This document shows positions 27,870 to 41,818 of a DNA stretch of 64,000 bases, piece by piece; positions within the stretch are counted from its first letter, which is position 1, and each line of letters begins with the position of its first letter. Position numbers and translations under genes: made by a program. The notes under the pieces were generated by a model that worked only from the letters and a program-made list of their open reading frames with translations, was not told the origin of the DNA and searched no databases. Origin of the DNA: Eledone cirrhosa (Eukaryota). The DNA lies in the NCBI GenBank assembly GCA_964016885.1, contig OZ024740.1:139128001-139192000 (forward strand), written 5' to 3'.

Positions 27870-27872
<3 letters not shown>
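27754..27872 (-). ncRNA. Hammerhead motif (27785-27822) overlapping a 44-bp inverted repeat
   Basis: Minus strand CGAG-CTGAGGA-TCCGCTAAGGT-GAAA-CAATTG-TT-CTCG. Arms 27754-27797 and 27829-27872; (TA)n flanks. Confidence 0.7.
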
Positions 27873-27916
<44 letters not shown>

Positions 27917-27929
27917 AATGATGTGCTCC

Positions 27930-28062
27930 GGCGCGAAGATACTAGAAAATAGTTTATAAAATAGGGAAAGACCCTTAAAGACGGAAAAAGAAGTTGCCAT
28001 CGGTCGCTGTGAGGAATCGAACCCCACACCTCTCAGATACCGGCTAGGCGCTTTCACACCGT
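27930..28062 (-). mobile_element. tRNA-headed SINE-like sequence
   Basis: Minus strand GTGTGAAAGCGCCTAGCCGG..GAGAGGTGTGGGGTTCGATTCCTCAC (T-arm/B-box) without a complete acceptor stem. Confidence 0.5.
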
Positions 28063-28372
28063 CTTAGATTAGATAGCTGAATCACAGCTTTCCGATGTCA
28101 TCAAACAGCGTATGTAAACAAAGTGGATACGTAGCCGATATCTCGGATTTCTACAAAGCCCTCAGAAGATAAAGTTAATGTATATATATAAAAAACAACT
28201 GATGTTCTTACATTGAGCTATTTCTCTTACTGGTAATAAGGTAGTAGGAAATTACTGACCTTTCCTGTTTATAGTTGTTTATACTATATACATAACTATA
28301 AATAGTATTATTATAATATATATATATATATATATTTAAAAAAATAGAGGTGTTACACACGAGTTGTGCTAT

Positions 28373-28632
28373 ATTAGTAAAAAGGAAAACAAAATGTTGA
28401 CAAATTTTTCCCAGTGAAAAATAGTTTAATTAGGAATAAGTATAAATTAGTAATAAGTATTAGTTAGTATTCAGTTTTAGTTGTAAGTTTTTACCGGTTG
28501 CGCATTTCTTATGCTTTTCTAAAATAATTTTGAGATAAAGAACTAATACTTATTACTAATTTATACTTATTCCTAATTAAACTATTTTGCACTAGGAAAA
28601 ATTTGTCAGCATTTTCTTTTCCTTTTTACTAG

Positions 28633-28665
<33 letters not shown>

Positions 28666-28968
28666 AAATGTGTGTAATCCTTGATACAGTTAGGTATATT
28701 AAGACAGGGGGAAAGAAAAAAAATGGGTTCACTTGTGCTTTCAACAAATTTATTTTCTTCACAAAATCCAAAAAGAATTTTTTTCCGGATTAGAAAAAAT
28801 TTGTTTTTTCTTAAAAAATTTTTTTTTTTTATAAATTAAGTATAAAAAAATTTTTTTTAAGAAAAAACAAATTTTTTCTAATCCGGAAAAAAATTCTTTT
28901 TGGATTTTGTGAAGAAAATAAATTTGTTGAAAGCACAAGTGAAGCCATTTTTTTTCTTCCCCCCTGTC

Positions 28969-28975
<7 letters not shown>
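28373..28975. repeat. Two adjacent inverted repeats
   Basis: About 28373-28466 with 28540-28634, and about 28696-28822 with 28847-28975; each ends at (TA)n. Confidence 0.85.
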
Positions 28976-29022
<47 letters not shown>

Positions 29023-29849
29023 TGTAATAAACAACATAAGGCAATTATTCCATTTATCAGTGGTTTCTTAAAAGCAAAAAATGTTGCTTTCAATCATCAG
29101 AATGAAAAAATCCTGGTGTATTTATTGATATTGGATTCTAAAAACAAAAATGCAATCTATATGAAAGTGAGGCTGGAGAAGCAAGAAGGAAAGGAAAAAT
29201 AAAATAAAAACACACATGCAAACACACACACACGCACACACACACAATTATATACATACACACATAGATATATATATATACATACACACATACATACACA
29301 CACACATATACACATATATATGTGTATATATATATATACACATACATATACACATACATACATACACACATAAATATCAACATATCCATACATACACATA
29401 CATATATACAACCACACACATATATATACATATATATATAGAAATAGAAATATATATATATATATATGCATACACATACACATACATAGCCATACACACA
29501 TACATATACATACATACATACACACAATCATACGTATATACACACGTACATACATACACATACATACACACATATATACATGCATACATATGCATGCACA
29601 AAAATAGAAAAATATACACACACCTCTACATATTCACACACGAAAATAAATATAAGAAAAAATATATATAATAATAAAAGACATAAAAAAGAAAATAAAG
29701 ACTATTATAAAGTTGACTGCGATACAGGCAACAAATAAATGAACAAACACACGTGGTAAGCAATACACACAAATGCACGTACACATACATACCTAAAAAT
29801 AAATACATACACACACTCTCACACATAAATATACATATACAAATTCATA

Positions 29850-29892
<43 letters not shown>

Positions 29893-30025
29893 ACATACAT
29901 ACACATACATACATACTAACATACACATATATACCTACACACACATATATACATACACATACGTATGCATACGTACACACATACACACACACACACATAT
30001 ACATATATAACTCAATATATATATA

Positions 30026-30310
30026 TCATCATCATCATCATCATCAACGTTTAACGTCCGTGTTCCACGCTTGCATGGGTTTGGACGGGGGTAGTCCCAC
30101 TTGAGGCAAGAGTGATTGTCTTGCTCGCATAGGACTGTCTGGCAAGTTTTCTACAGTTGGATGCCCTTCCTAACACCAACCACATTTACAGTGTGGGTCT
30201 GGGAGGTTTTTACCGTGTTGCCTACACGGCCACATTACAGCGTGGACTGTGTGTTTTTTTGTCGTGACACCTACACGATCTCATTTGTTTCGGCCTGGAT
30301 GGCGCGGCAC
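30026..30310 (-). mobile_element. SINE-like element with (ATG)n tail
   Basis: Minus strand GGTTGGTGTTAGGAAGGGCATCCAACTGTAGAAA body and (GAT)n tail. Confidence 0.55.
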
Positions 30311-30659
30311 CAACATAACTTTACATAGAACGGGGTGGTGTGGATGGGGTGGGGGTGGGGGTGGGACGGGGTGTATTTTGTTAGAGATGCCTACTGGCTG
30401 GAGTAGGTTTTACTATATATTTAGGTAAGGCGTGATGAAACACAGATACCAACACATCTGTATATATATTACAAAAGAAAAATTTAGCCAGATTGAAGTA
30501 TACTAATTATTATACTACAGTTTGTCCATATCGATTTAAAATAATAAATCAACGAAGACGAACTGTATTGCCAAGAGGCCGTGATGTTTAGACACATTTA
30601 AATTTCAAAATATATATACATATATATATATGAGAAAGAACATAAATATTATAAAATAA

Positions 30660-30937
30660 ATATTGTATATATAAAAAAATTGGGAATACGACAAATAATA
30701 AATAAAAAAAATATATTTAGAAAAGGGTATAAATGCCCATAGCAGACCTAGAGCACTCAACAAGTTCCTGGAGCAAAAGATCAATGAAAATAATCATCAA
30801 ATCACTATATGTAATGATGCACATACATACACCCTTATACATATATATACATACACACACACACACACACACATATATATACATACACACACACAAAAAA
30901 AACCCAACCACAGAAATACAAACACACATACATTTAC

Positions 30938-30984
<47 letters not shown>

Positions 30985-31870
30985 GGAAAAAGTCTGACCC
31001 TACGGCAGAGTTCAAGCCTTTTCTGAGGCTATTATATAAAAACACACAAAACCATTATATAAAAAATTAATATCTAAAAATAAACATTTTTTTGGTATGT
31101 CAAGGGTAAGGCAAAAAAATAGGGGGGAAAAAGAGGGGGCGAAATGACATAGGAAGAGGTTTAAATATAAGGGGAGATAAGGGAGAAAGAGAATACAAGA
31201 GTACAGAACGTGGATTCAGCAGGTAAAAAAACCGTAGTGGAAGTAAAGAGCAGGAAAGGAGTTCAAGGTGGTTGAGTTATCATAGGAATGTCAATCCAGT
31301 TACAGATCAGATGTGATTTCAGATGAGGACAACATCTGAAGATCTCGGTCTTTGAGTTCAGGCAAGCAGAAGTGGATTTCAAGTTTAGCAAAATCCTATA
31401 TTTTTCTGTGGTACACAAATCTTTGTGCGCCTTTGGTACTTCCTGAATGGTCTAAAATAGACCAATCGATAGAGTACGGGATGTTTTTATCCTTGAATTC
31501 CCACACCTTACTTGCGAGGGCCGTTGTTGTTCGTTTATCGGAGTGCTTAAAAGAAGCGACATGTGCATAAAACCTGGTTTTAAACCTGTCCTGGGTCATG
31601 CCGACATATCGCTCACTCCTGGCTGGCTGGTTGTTGATTAAAGGTGTTACTTTAGCCTCATAAACAACAGATTTGGTGTTACATTTGCCCTGCAATGGGC
31701 ATTCATCCGGCTTCCTGCAACTGCATCCTGGATTTGTTCTCGTATGATTTGAATTAGTGATCTTGGACTTCATAGATGGGCAACAAGAGTAACTGATCTT
31801 AACTACATTCCTATTAAATATCTTATAGTATCTATGATTAGGAGGAAAATGTTTATCTAAGAGTTCAAGC
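30660..31870 (-). mobile_element. Penelope-like element (Neptune-type) 3' fragment with GIY-YIG endonuclease pseudo-ORF (31396-31773)
   Basis: Translation [27 protein letters not shown]...CSCRKPDECPLQGKC..SVVYEA...YVGMT..FKTRFYAH..SFKH..TALASKVWEFK shows a Cys-rich linker plus GIY-YIG motifs; embedded in (TA)n. Confidence 0.85.
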
Positions 31871-31957
31871 TCTGTTACCTACATAGAGCACTCTTTTTTC
31901 CTGGACTTATCCGACGGAATTACTTCATTTACACATATATATATATATATTTATATA

Positions 31958-32078
<121 letters not shown>

Positions 32079-32479
32079 ATGTGTGTGTGTGTGTCTCTGT
32101 GTAGATAAATAGGTAGAGAAAGAAGGGCAGATATATATAACTAAACACACATACACATACTCACACAGTGGCTCCAGCTTGGCATGTATGTTTGTCGTCG
32201 TTGTATATAGTGCTATCCACTTTCCCAGTTACTGTTCGTGCTGTTCTTCCGCCCCACACATAAAGTTAGTGATGATTAATTACATGTGTTTGTTTTTTTA
32301 CAGTTTGTTTCAGTTATTACAAAAAAAAAAAAATCAAAGAATATATTTACTTCTGTCCCATATCCTGTTAAGTGTAAACATGATTGTACGTTTGATCGTT
32401 ATCCATCTTTAATATAGGTGCATGATTGGAGATGAAAGGACGTGAATGAGAAAAATTTTAACAAACAAATTCAACAACC

Positions 32480-32828
32480 GAAATCCACAAGAGGTTGGAG
32501 GCGTTACAAATGGGTTGTTTAATACCCCGTAGATAGAACAACCCTCAACTCCAGGAGCGTGTTGTGCACCTTTCTTCCTTTTGCTCTCTTCTTCAACCTA
32601 CAGGTTTATATACAGAGAAGGCCCAATCACTCGGGCCATTTTTGCTACATTCACCGACCTTTCAGTAAATTTACTGGGGAGCAGTGCCTCTCTCTCCACT
32701 CTGATTCTCCTTCTAAAGTGGTACCTAAAGAAGGGAATGAGTTGTGGTCCGGAGAGAAAGGCATCTGTCCTCAGTCCTCTCAATGTTATCCACCATATAA
32801 CCTCTTTCACTGTAGCCACTATACAGAG
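32480..32828 (-). mobile_element. Tx1-clade LINE 3' fragment
   Basis: KEVIWWITLRGLRTDAFLSG...GPSLYINL matches the ORF2 C-terminus of the 48.6-64 kb elements; (GATA)n at its 5' junction. Confidence 0.9.
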
Positions 32829-33061
32829 GTAGATAGATGGATAGATAGATAGGTAGATAGATATCTTTATTTATTTGTTTATTTTTAAAATTTTTATTTA
32901 TTTATTTAAATTTAAAGGTAGGTAGGTAGACAGATAGATAGATAGAGAGAGATTGATATCTGTATGTATATATATATATATGTGTGTGTATGTGAGTGAG
33001 TTTGTGAGAGTGTATGTATGTGTGTGTGCGTGCTTATGTATGTGTACACACATATATATAT

Positions 33062-33454
<393 letters not shown>

Positions 33455-34032
33455 GTAAGTGTGTGTTTATGTGTATGTGTGTGTATGAGATTGTATACAC
33501 GTTTATGTCTTTCGAAAACCCAATTCGGACCATACTGAATACGAAAACTCATCCCACCCGTACACATACACGTACACGTACACACGCATTACACTAAACC
33601 GTGTGGCTCCACAATATACAGCAGTAACCACACATCCCCGCCAAACACACATACATACGTACATACACACGCACAAGTGCGCACACCAGGACATGCACGA
33701 TAAACAAATCTCAAACACACACGCTTCTACGAATGTGCGTGTGTGCACGCTTGAGCGTGTGCGTATATATTCGTGTGTATGTGTATTTACACATAGAGAT
33801 GTATATGTGTGTGTGCATATTCATACGTGTGTTCGCACGCGGATGCATGTATACACACTTAACACATGCTCACGTGCACGCGTTGCATAATGTGTACCTC
33901 ACTTACACACACCCACCAACTACACGTCAACACCCCTCACATCAACACCCACACTCGCATGCCGGATCCCCCATCTCTCCACTCTCCTTTTTATTTTTAT
34001 TCTGTCGTTATTCTATTCTCCGAACTCTATTA

Positions 34033-34066
34033 TTTCTGATGAAGAGCAAATGCCCGACACGTCAGC
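34033..34066 (+). ncRNA. Degenerate minimal hammerhead motif
   Basis: TT-CTGATGA-AGAGCAAATGCCC-GACA-CGTC-AG, with AATAAA about 30 nt downstream. Confidence 0.45.
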
Positions 34067-34719
34067 TGTATAACTCTTTCTTTTAAGTGTGAAACTAATA
34101 AAACTTTATATTAATACATCCTGTTGTTTGTTTGGTTTATATATATATACGTTTGGTTATATGAGTATACATAGGTGTGTATGTGTGTGTGAGTGTGTGC
34201 GTCCTTATGTGTATGTTTATATATATATATAAATGAAAATAAAATTAATGTAAGCAAAATGCCAACAATAATTCAGGTATATAAGTGACTCTACCATCAA
34301 GATGAAACAATTTTTAATGTAAGATGAGGAAAAAGTAATACAATCTTAATTCAAAACAAATCAAGAAGAAAAACTTTGTCATCAAACTTTGTGTAAGTTG
34401 GGGAAAAAGCAATACAATCTTAATTCAAAATAAAATCAAGAAGTAATACTTAACCGTCAATTTGGGGAAAACTACAAATGCACTATATAGTCTTCAAAGA
34501 CCATTTCACGAAACTTTTAGTGGGGTTAGTCACGGTTGGAGTCGATCTTCAGTAGTGCTCCATACGTTAACTAAATCACCACTGCCAAAATACCGAGCGG
34601 AAAAAATAATCCACTGGGAGTTAAAAGCAGGCAAGAATTTTATCGGGCCGTTTGTTTACAAACGAATCGAATATTATTATTAATGTTCGATATAACCCAT
34701 ACGTACATATGCATATGTA

Positions 34720-34797
<78 letters not shown>

Positions 34798-34832
34798 TGT
34801 CTGTGTGTGTGTACGTACGGATACTTACACAC

Positions 34833-34914
<82 letters not shown>

Positions 34915-35421
34915 AGTGAAGGATAGAACGCGCGAGAGAGAAAGAACAAGATAGTTACACAAAAATGCTTCTGATCTACCGTATCTATAGTTATCTACTT
35001 TGATCAAGCGAGGAAGAGATCAGGGTGTGCGTAGGTGGTGATTCATCATAATTGAAGTCGTTCTGAACCCTTTTCTATATATCTTTCTTCCTCTCTCATC
35101 CACCCTATTTGTGTAATGCACTGAAATCATGAGAATGTTCAGAGGTCGCCTGATGAGAATGGACTATCCTATGTGTCGTTCGTTTTTCCGTTGTCTTCGC
35201 CCACTTATTTTCAATTAATTGTACAAGATCTTAGCCGCGCGAGTCATTCTTTCAAATTGATTGATCTATATGCACACACACACAAACGCGCGCGCGCACA
35301 CACACACATTTATAATATATATATATATAATATAATATATATATATATAATATAATATATATATATATAATATAATATATATATATATAATATATATATA
35401 TAATATATATATATATAATAT

Positions 35422-35501
<80 letters not shown>

Positions 35502-35587
35502 AAAGGCAAACAGAAATAACAAAGCAAACGACACAGTACAAGGAAGAAATATGTTATTAGTTTTACGCTTGATATAGTTGGAAAAGT

Positions 35588-35625
35588 GTCTTAACATATC
35601 GGACTCTAGTCCTTCACCAGAAAAT
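35588..35625 (-). ncRNA. Degenerate minimal hammerhead motif
   Basis: Minus strand TTT-CTGGTGA-AGGACT-AG-AGTCC-GATA-TGTTA-AGA; two core substitutions; upstream of (TA)n. Confidence 0.4.
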
Positions 35626-35765
35626 AAAATGAGAAATAAAAGAATAGAAAGATTGAGGAGACGGGCAGTGGCGGAAACGAAAAAAAAATTTTTTAGAGCA
35701 AAATAATATGTCCATCTATGTTGCGATCTCTAGGAAAATTCGTGATGCTGGCATTTTATGTAAGA

Positions 35766-36378
35766 CTAGCAGTGGTAGCCGGCGTTGCATGGGATAAGGT
35801 ATTTTGGAACGCGGGCCGCCAACAGACCTAATCGTGGAAAAACTGCATGCCTGGACAATATGTAAAGAAAATAAACCGAATACTCTGATGGCTGGATAAT
35901 CTTTAAGATTTTCCTCGATGAAGCAGGAAAAATGCAGGTTTTCAGCTAATGCGGGCCCTAGCGGATCAAGAAAATGAATATTTTTATGTGCATAATATGC
36001 CTTGAAATTTCGGGAAAATTCGCTAGACGTAACGCCTCAAAAAAGCCCTAAAAAGCTGAAAAAAATGATGTTTTTCACCTAATGCGCGTCCTAGGCCATA
36101 AAAAGTTTGATTTTCTTTGCTCACGGTATGAAGAAGAGACTGACTAATACATAGTTACAATTTCAAGGAAATCGGTTTGACGTAACGCCTCAAACCCCTT
36201 AAAAAGCTGAAAATACGTAGCTTTTCACCTCATGCGTGCCCTAGGAGATAAAAAAGTTGAAACATAAGTGATATACATGTAAAGTTTGAAAAAAATCGGT
36301 TGGGTAGTTCTCGAGTTTTAGGGATTCAAACTCACAGACACACACACACACATACATCCTCAGTTTTATATATATAGA
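35766..36378 (-). mobile_element. Non-autonomous Helitron, full length
   Basis: Minus strand A|TCTATATATATAAAAC start, internal subrepeats, CCCATGCAACGCCGG hairpin and CTAG|T end. Confidence 0.85.
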
Positions 36379-36434
36379 TAATCTTGTTTTAAAGGGTGGT
36401 GATCGAGCACGTCTATCTGAAAGGGGAAAACCCG

Positions 36435-36481
<47 letters not shown>

Positions 36482-36489
36482 TAAATTTA

Positions 36490-36883
36490 TAAGGGCATAA
36501 TAAAATGATATTTGGAAAAGTAAATAGGATACGAAGCGAAGAAAAAATAATCTAATTTACTTTGATGTCCCGACTGCAGTTTTGAGCTCTGCGAGAAGTC
36601 TCAGATATTCAGGGAACTTCTCAATCAAGAAATCTCCTTCCGAGTTATCCGCTACCAGCGATAATTTCGAATGGAAGAATTATCACGTGATTAACGGTCA
36701 ACAGAAGGACAGAGGTAGGTGGACAATGGCAAGTAACGAGGCTGCTAGAAAAAGCAGCCCGATTTTATACTCTATCGTAAGGGAGTAATTAACAAATTAA
36801 TTGAATATATATATATATATATATATAAGGAATATTTTTATCATATGTAACCCATGTGCAACCACGTAGTATTCATTCTTCTC

Positions 36884-36920
<37 letters not shown>

Positions 36921-37208
36921 GATATATTGCTTTGTATGTAATAGTGTCTATTATTCACTTCACTTTTCTATTTCATGATGCGCTTTTACTGTTGTCAAAA
37001 ACATTTATACTTAGACTGGATTTCTGTTGTTACATGGGATAACGGATGACACCGAGCTCACATATTAATTATTTCGCTGGAATAGTGCCTAAGGTTTTCA
37101 TGTTTACATAAAGTAGTTTTTCTTCTATGTATTCAAATTTACTTTGTTTAGTTTAATGAGCTACATCGAAATCTACTTGAACCGTCCAAAGACGGGTAGT
37201 TTAGCTAG
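36490..37208 (+). mobile_element. Possible Helitron 3' end and repeat
   Basis: CCGTC-CAAA-GACGG hairpin then CTAG|T at 37205-37209. 36495-36598 is homologous to 37864-37980. 5' boundary uncertain. Confidence 0.45.
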
Positions 37209-37245
37209 TATATATATATATATATATATATATACATTTATATAT

Positions 37246-37649
37246 AATTAAAAGTCTAATGACATATATATATATAAAATAAGCACATCAAGCAATTACA
37301 GGGGATAATTAGTAAAGAGTGTAAACACACATAGGTACGGAGGTAACATTAAAAATTAACAAGAACCTTGCATATAGATACCTTGCAATAATGATTAATC
37401 TTCTTTGTATATATTCCATTGAAGAAATATATTTCACCATTAATCAGTGAATCATAGATTTCAAATGTTGGATCATCGGCAAAGGAGAAGATTTAACTAT
37501 CTGATTACACACTAAAAGCAAGGTGTCTATATTCAAGGCTCTTGTTAATTTTTAATGTTACCTCCGTACCTATGTGTGTTTACACTCTTTACAAATTATC
37601 CCCTGTAATTGTTTGATGTGTTTATATATTTGTCATTCAACTTTTAATT
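37246..37649 (-). repeat. About 135-bp inverted repeat with variant hammerhead (37403-37484, minus) in the spacer
   Basis: Arms 37246-37386 and 37518-37649. Minus strand CTTTG-CCGATGA-TCCA...TGGT-GAAA-TATATT..AATATA-TA-CAAAG. Confidence 0.75.
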
Positions 37650-38275
37650 TAATATAAATGTTCGGATTTACTACTTGGAATCTTTGGGCTTATTCCACAG
37701 GTGGTATGGCGCATGCTTCTGATATTCTCAGACATGGCATCTTTAATCTAATGTTGGTAGTATATATATGTGTGTGTGTATGTGTATCTTTATTTATTTA
37801 TACACACGTATAGACATACCCGTTTTGCTCAATGAAAGAATTAATACAAATCAATTTATCAGAGCATAATAAAATCATATTTGGAAAAGTAAAAAAGATA
37901 AGAAAAATCTTTTACTTATTTACTTTGATGTCCCGACTGCAGTTTCACTGAATAATTGCCGTTTTTGAACACTGCGAGAATTCTCAGCCTTATTTTATTA
38001 TGCTCTGATAAATTGATTTTTATTAATTCCTAATACGGCATTTTCCACTACACATTCCACACTTTCTCATAAGTCGTAACACCATTCGACTATCTCCAAC
38101 ACTTTGAATATTTCTACAATATTTCTGCTATGTGGCAAATATGTTTAGTGATTTATTTATTGACCGCAGGAAATTTCTATATATTCGTCGAATCTTTGTT
38201 TACAAAGAATACCCAGAGCTAGCTATATCTAATACTTAACTACTAAACTACTACTACTACTACTACTACTACTAT

Positions 38276-38325
<50 letters not shown>

Positions 38326-38775
38326 TTTAGAATCGGTGCCTGGTTATTTAGTGCGCCTCGTTTGTTGATGAGTATGCGCCTCATTCTCTCAGATAAAATA
38401 ATTTCAACTTGCAATTTGGTAAGCTGGTAGACCTAGTTTTGACACTTATTGCTTTGACCACACAGACAAAATTACAAAAACCCAGATTTTCCGCTTCATA
38501 ATCCAGACCCACGTTAAATCATGTGACAGGTCAGAGGACCATACTTCCATGCTAAATCATGACAGTTCGCAAATCTTACTTCTACAACGACGCTATTGCT
38601 ATGTAGAGATTATATTTACTGATTTAGTAATTGTTTGCAAGAAATTATTAAATATTGTATATAAATATACATATCGTACGTATAAAACTGTGATAAAACT
38701 GGTTCCTTAATGCGCCTCTTTGAGGTCTGGTACATATGTGGCAGACTTGTTGGCCCTAATGGCAACGCCGGCCAT

Positions 38776-39021
<246 letters not shown>

Positions 39022-39196
39022 AAGCACCAACAATAACAGTAATATAGATTTTATATGTTCATAGGGAGTGAAATTTTCCAGTCGAGGGATTGCTCACAAA
39101 ATGAGTTTATGAAATGTTTCTTTTGTGTGAGATCATTGAACACGAACAAAAGCAGCGGATGTGGCTTGGTCAGCGGGGAGTAAAGTGTGTTTGTAC

Positions 39197-39380
<184 letters not shown>

Positions 39381-40039
39381 GGGGGGGGGAGGTATGTCGG
39401 TATGTATGAATATATAAATATATATATACATGCATACATACATACATATATACATACGTATGTATGTGTGTATGCGTGTATGCGCATGTATATATGACAT
39501 GTATGTGTGTATGCGCATGTATATATGACATAAAACATGATTAATCATATATATATATATATACGTGTGTGTGTGTTTGATTGTATGCGTTTGTGTGTGT
39601 ATGTGAGTGTATGTGTATTTTGTGTGTCTGTGTGTGCGCGCGCGCGCGCGTGTATTTGTCTGTGTGTGTGTTTGTCTGTGTGTGTGCGTGTGTGTGTGTG
39701 TCAGTACAGGTGCGACAACAACCCTTTTTTTTCAGAGAGAGAAGCGAGAAGACAGACAGAGAGAAAGAGAAGGTGGATCGAACTCCCGAAAAGATGTAAG
39801 GCAAAGTTGACGTCGGTAGCGAACTTAGATATCCGTGACATTTTATTCGGCTCTTGAAGGGCCACCATCAATTTCTCTTTCTATCTGCTGGTGTTTACAG
39901 TTATTTTCTGTATTTGAGATCTTCAATATTTTCTAAAATATTTTCTAAGATTTTCTATATTTTCTATTTTCTACACAGATAATTTATTTACACGTACATA
40001 GGTGTGCGCGCGCTGGACCGGCAATTTGTCTGTATAATC

Positions 40040-40120
40040 AGCTCCTGATTATTACTGGAAATCTATAAAAATCCAGTTTCTATAATTTTCGGCAAAATTG
40101 CGTGAAACAGACTGTCAGCT
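40040..40120 (+). ncRNA. Degenerate hammerhead motif
   Basis: AGCT(C)-CTGATTA...GAAA-CAGACTG-TC-AGCT. Confidence 0.4.
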
Positions 40121-40489
40121 TCTCTCTCTTCTTTCGCCGAAAAGAAGTAAGTGACATAGTCACTACTTTAAAACCGATAGCGTATGGTCTTCTAAGTGTT
40201 TTTAATTAAACATACAGTATATTGATAACATACAGTATATTGCCAAATATACTATACATACATTCATGTATACATCGCTATTTCAGAGCTCCAATACTAA
40301 TACCTAATTTTTGCTGGAAACACCGAATGGCCGCTGGTCGTAGATGGCCATAGCCCCGAGGGACTCTTGCCTAACAAAGGCCTCCCCAGGCGGCGGCAGG
40401 CCTCCGACCGGCGTGTCCTGTTCGTCACACGCGCGACGTGCCCTGGCATGCCCGTTCCGTAGGTTCACCGGAGTCCTATCCGGACGTAT

Positions 40490-40652
40490 TATTCCTATTC
40501 CTATTCTTATTCCTATCCCTATTCCTATCCCTAACCCTAACCCTAACCCTAACCCGAACCCGAACTTTAACTCTAACCCTAACGCTAACTCTAACCTTAG
40601 CCCTAGCCCTAGCCCTAACCCTAACCCTTACCCTAACCCTAACCCTAACCCT
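40490..40652. repeat. Interstitial telomere-like (TAACCC)n tract with variant hexamers
   Basis: TATTCC/TATCCC hexamers grade into CCCTAA, with CCCGAA, CTCTAA and CCCTAG variants. Confidence 0.85.
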
Positions 40653-40698
40653 TTAAACATACGGTATATTGCCAAATATACTATACATACATTCATAT

Positions 40699-40750
<52 letters not shown>

Positions 40751-40769
40751 CCATGTTTCGCACTCGGTG

Positions 40770-41070
40770 GAAAGCGTTCAGTCGTCTCTCTATCTTTGCT
40801 GTGCTCTTCCGAGTCGTGTACGCTGAAGTGGATGGTCACGAAGCGCCTGCCCAACGAACGACACTTGAAAACAGCAATGAACTGGACTCCACCTGGCGGC
40901 AAACGGAGGCGGGGTTACTCCGGGATCACTTGGCGACGAACGTTCCGAAAAGACCTGCTGGTGGCCAACATCACTTGGTACGGACGCAAAAGAGCCGCCA
41001 CTGATCGTGATCATTGGTAATTATCTACTGCTCGATGCGCCGAAAGGCGTGGAACAACCTAAGAACTAAG
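40770..41070 (+). mobile_element. RTE-clade LINE 3' fragment
   Basis: LKWM..RLPNERHLKTAMNWTPPGGKRRRG...TWRRTFRKDL...AATDRDHW C-terminus; short CTAAG-repeat tail. Confidence 0.75.
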
Positions 41071-41439
41071 AATATATATATATATATATATATACACGGG
41101 TGGTGGAAGCATCTCTGAATTGGTGTGTGTGTATGTGGGGGTATTTGATCAATTTAGTTGTCTTCAGCTGGCGGCATGGATGAACGGAATAATAAGGTCA
41201 ATAAAATAGGATCAATAAAAGGCAGATTACTTTTATTGTCTCAGCAACAGTGATTGATAGTATTACTATTTTCGTTTTTTGTGGTGGTGGTAGTGGTGGT
41301 GGGGATCTTTTATTCTTTTTGGAGTTAAGAAACTTCCTTTGTCTTCAAACCCGTTTTTCTTTCGGACGAACCGTTTCGGAGCCTTTCGGCAACATTCACA
41401 CATTCATATATAGAAACATACATACACTCTCAAATATAC

Positions 41440-41477
<38 letters not shown>

Positions 41478-41778
41478 GGTGCCTTCAGCATGGTCTCAGC
41501 CTGTCACCTGTAACACGTAATAGACTAATATATATACACACACAAAAAAGCAATCGTTTTACGCACCGTTAAGTGAATATTAATGTTGAACGTATGTTAG
41601 TTTATTGTAAGTTGCTGCAATGCGTGTTTGACTATTAAACAAATTCAGTATATAAACCTCTAATATGTTGATAGAGGCGCCTCTGTCCAACTCCCATCTG
41701 TGTCATAGCCTATTGCTATATAAGTTAGGACGATTACATTTCAAATTTTGTAAATGCTTCTTAAAACTACCGCATATT

Positions 41779-41818
<40 letters not shown>

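Noticed and set aside
27990-28062. tRNA gene
   Set aside because: Has a T-arm/B-box but no convincing acceptor stem; better explained as a SINE head.
35145-35200. Hammerhead at CCTGATGAGAATGG
   Set aside because: No downstream GAAA or stem I/III partner found. Similar partial hits at about 10200, 17875, 28160 and 43670 were also left out.
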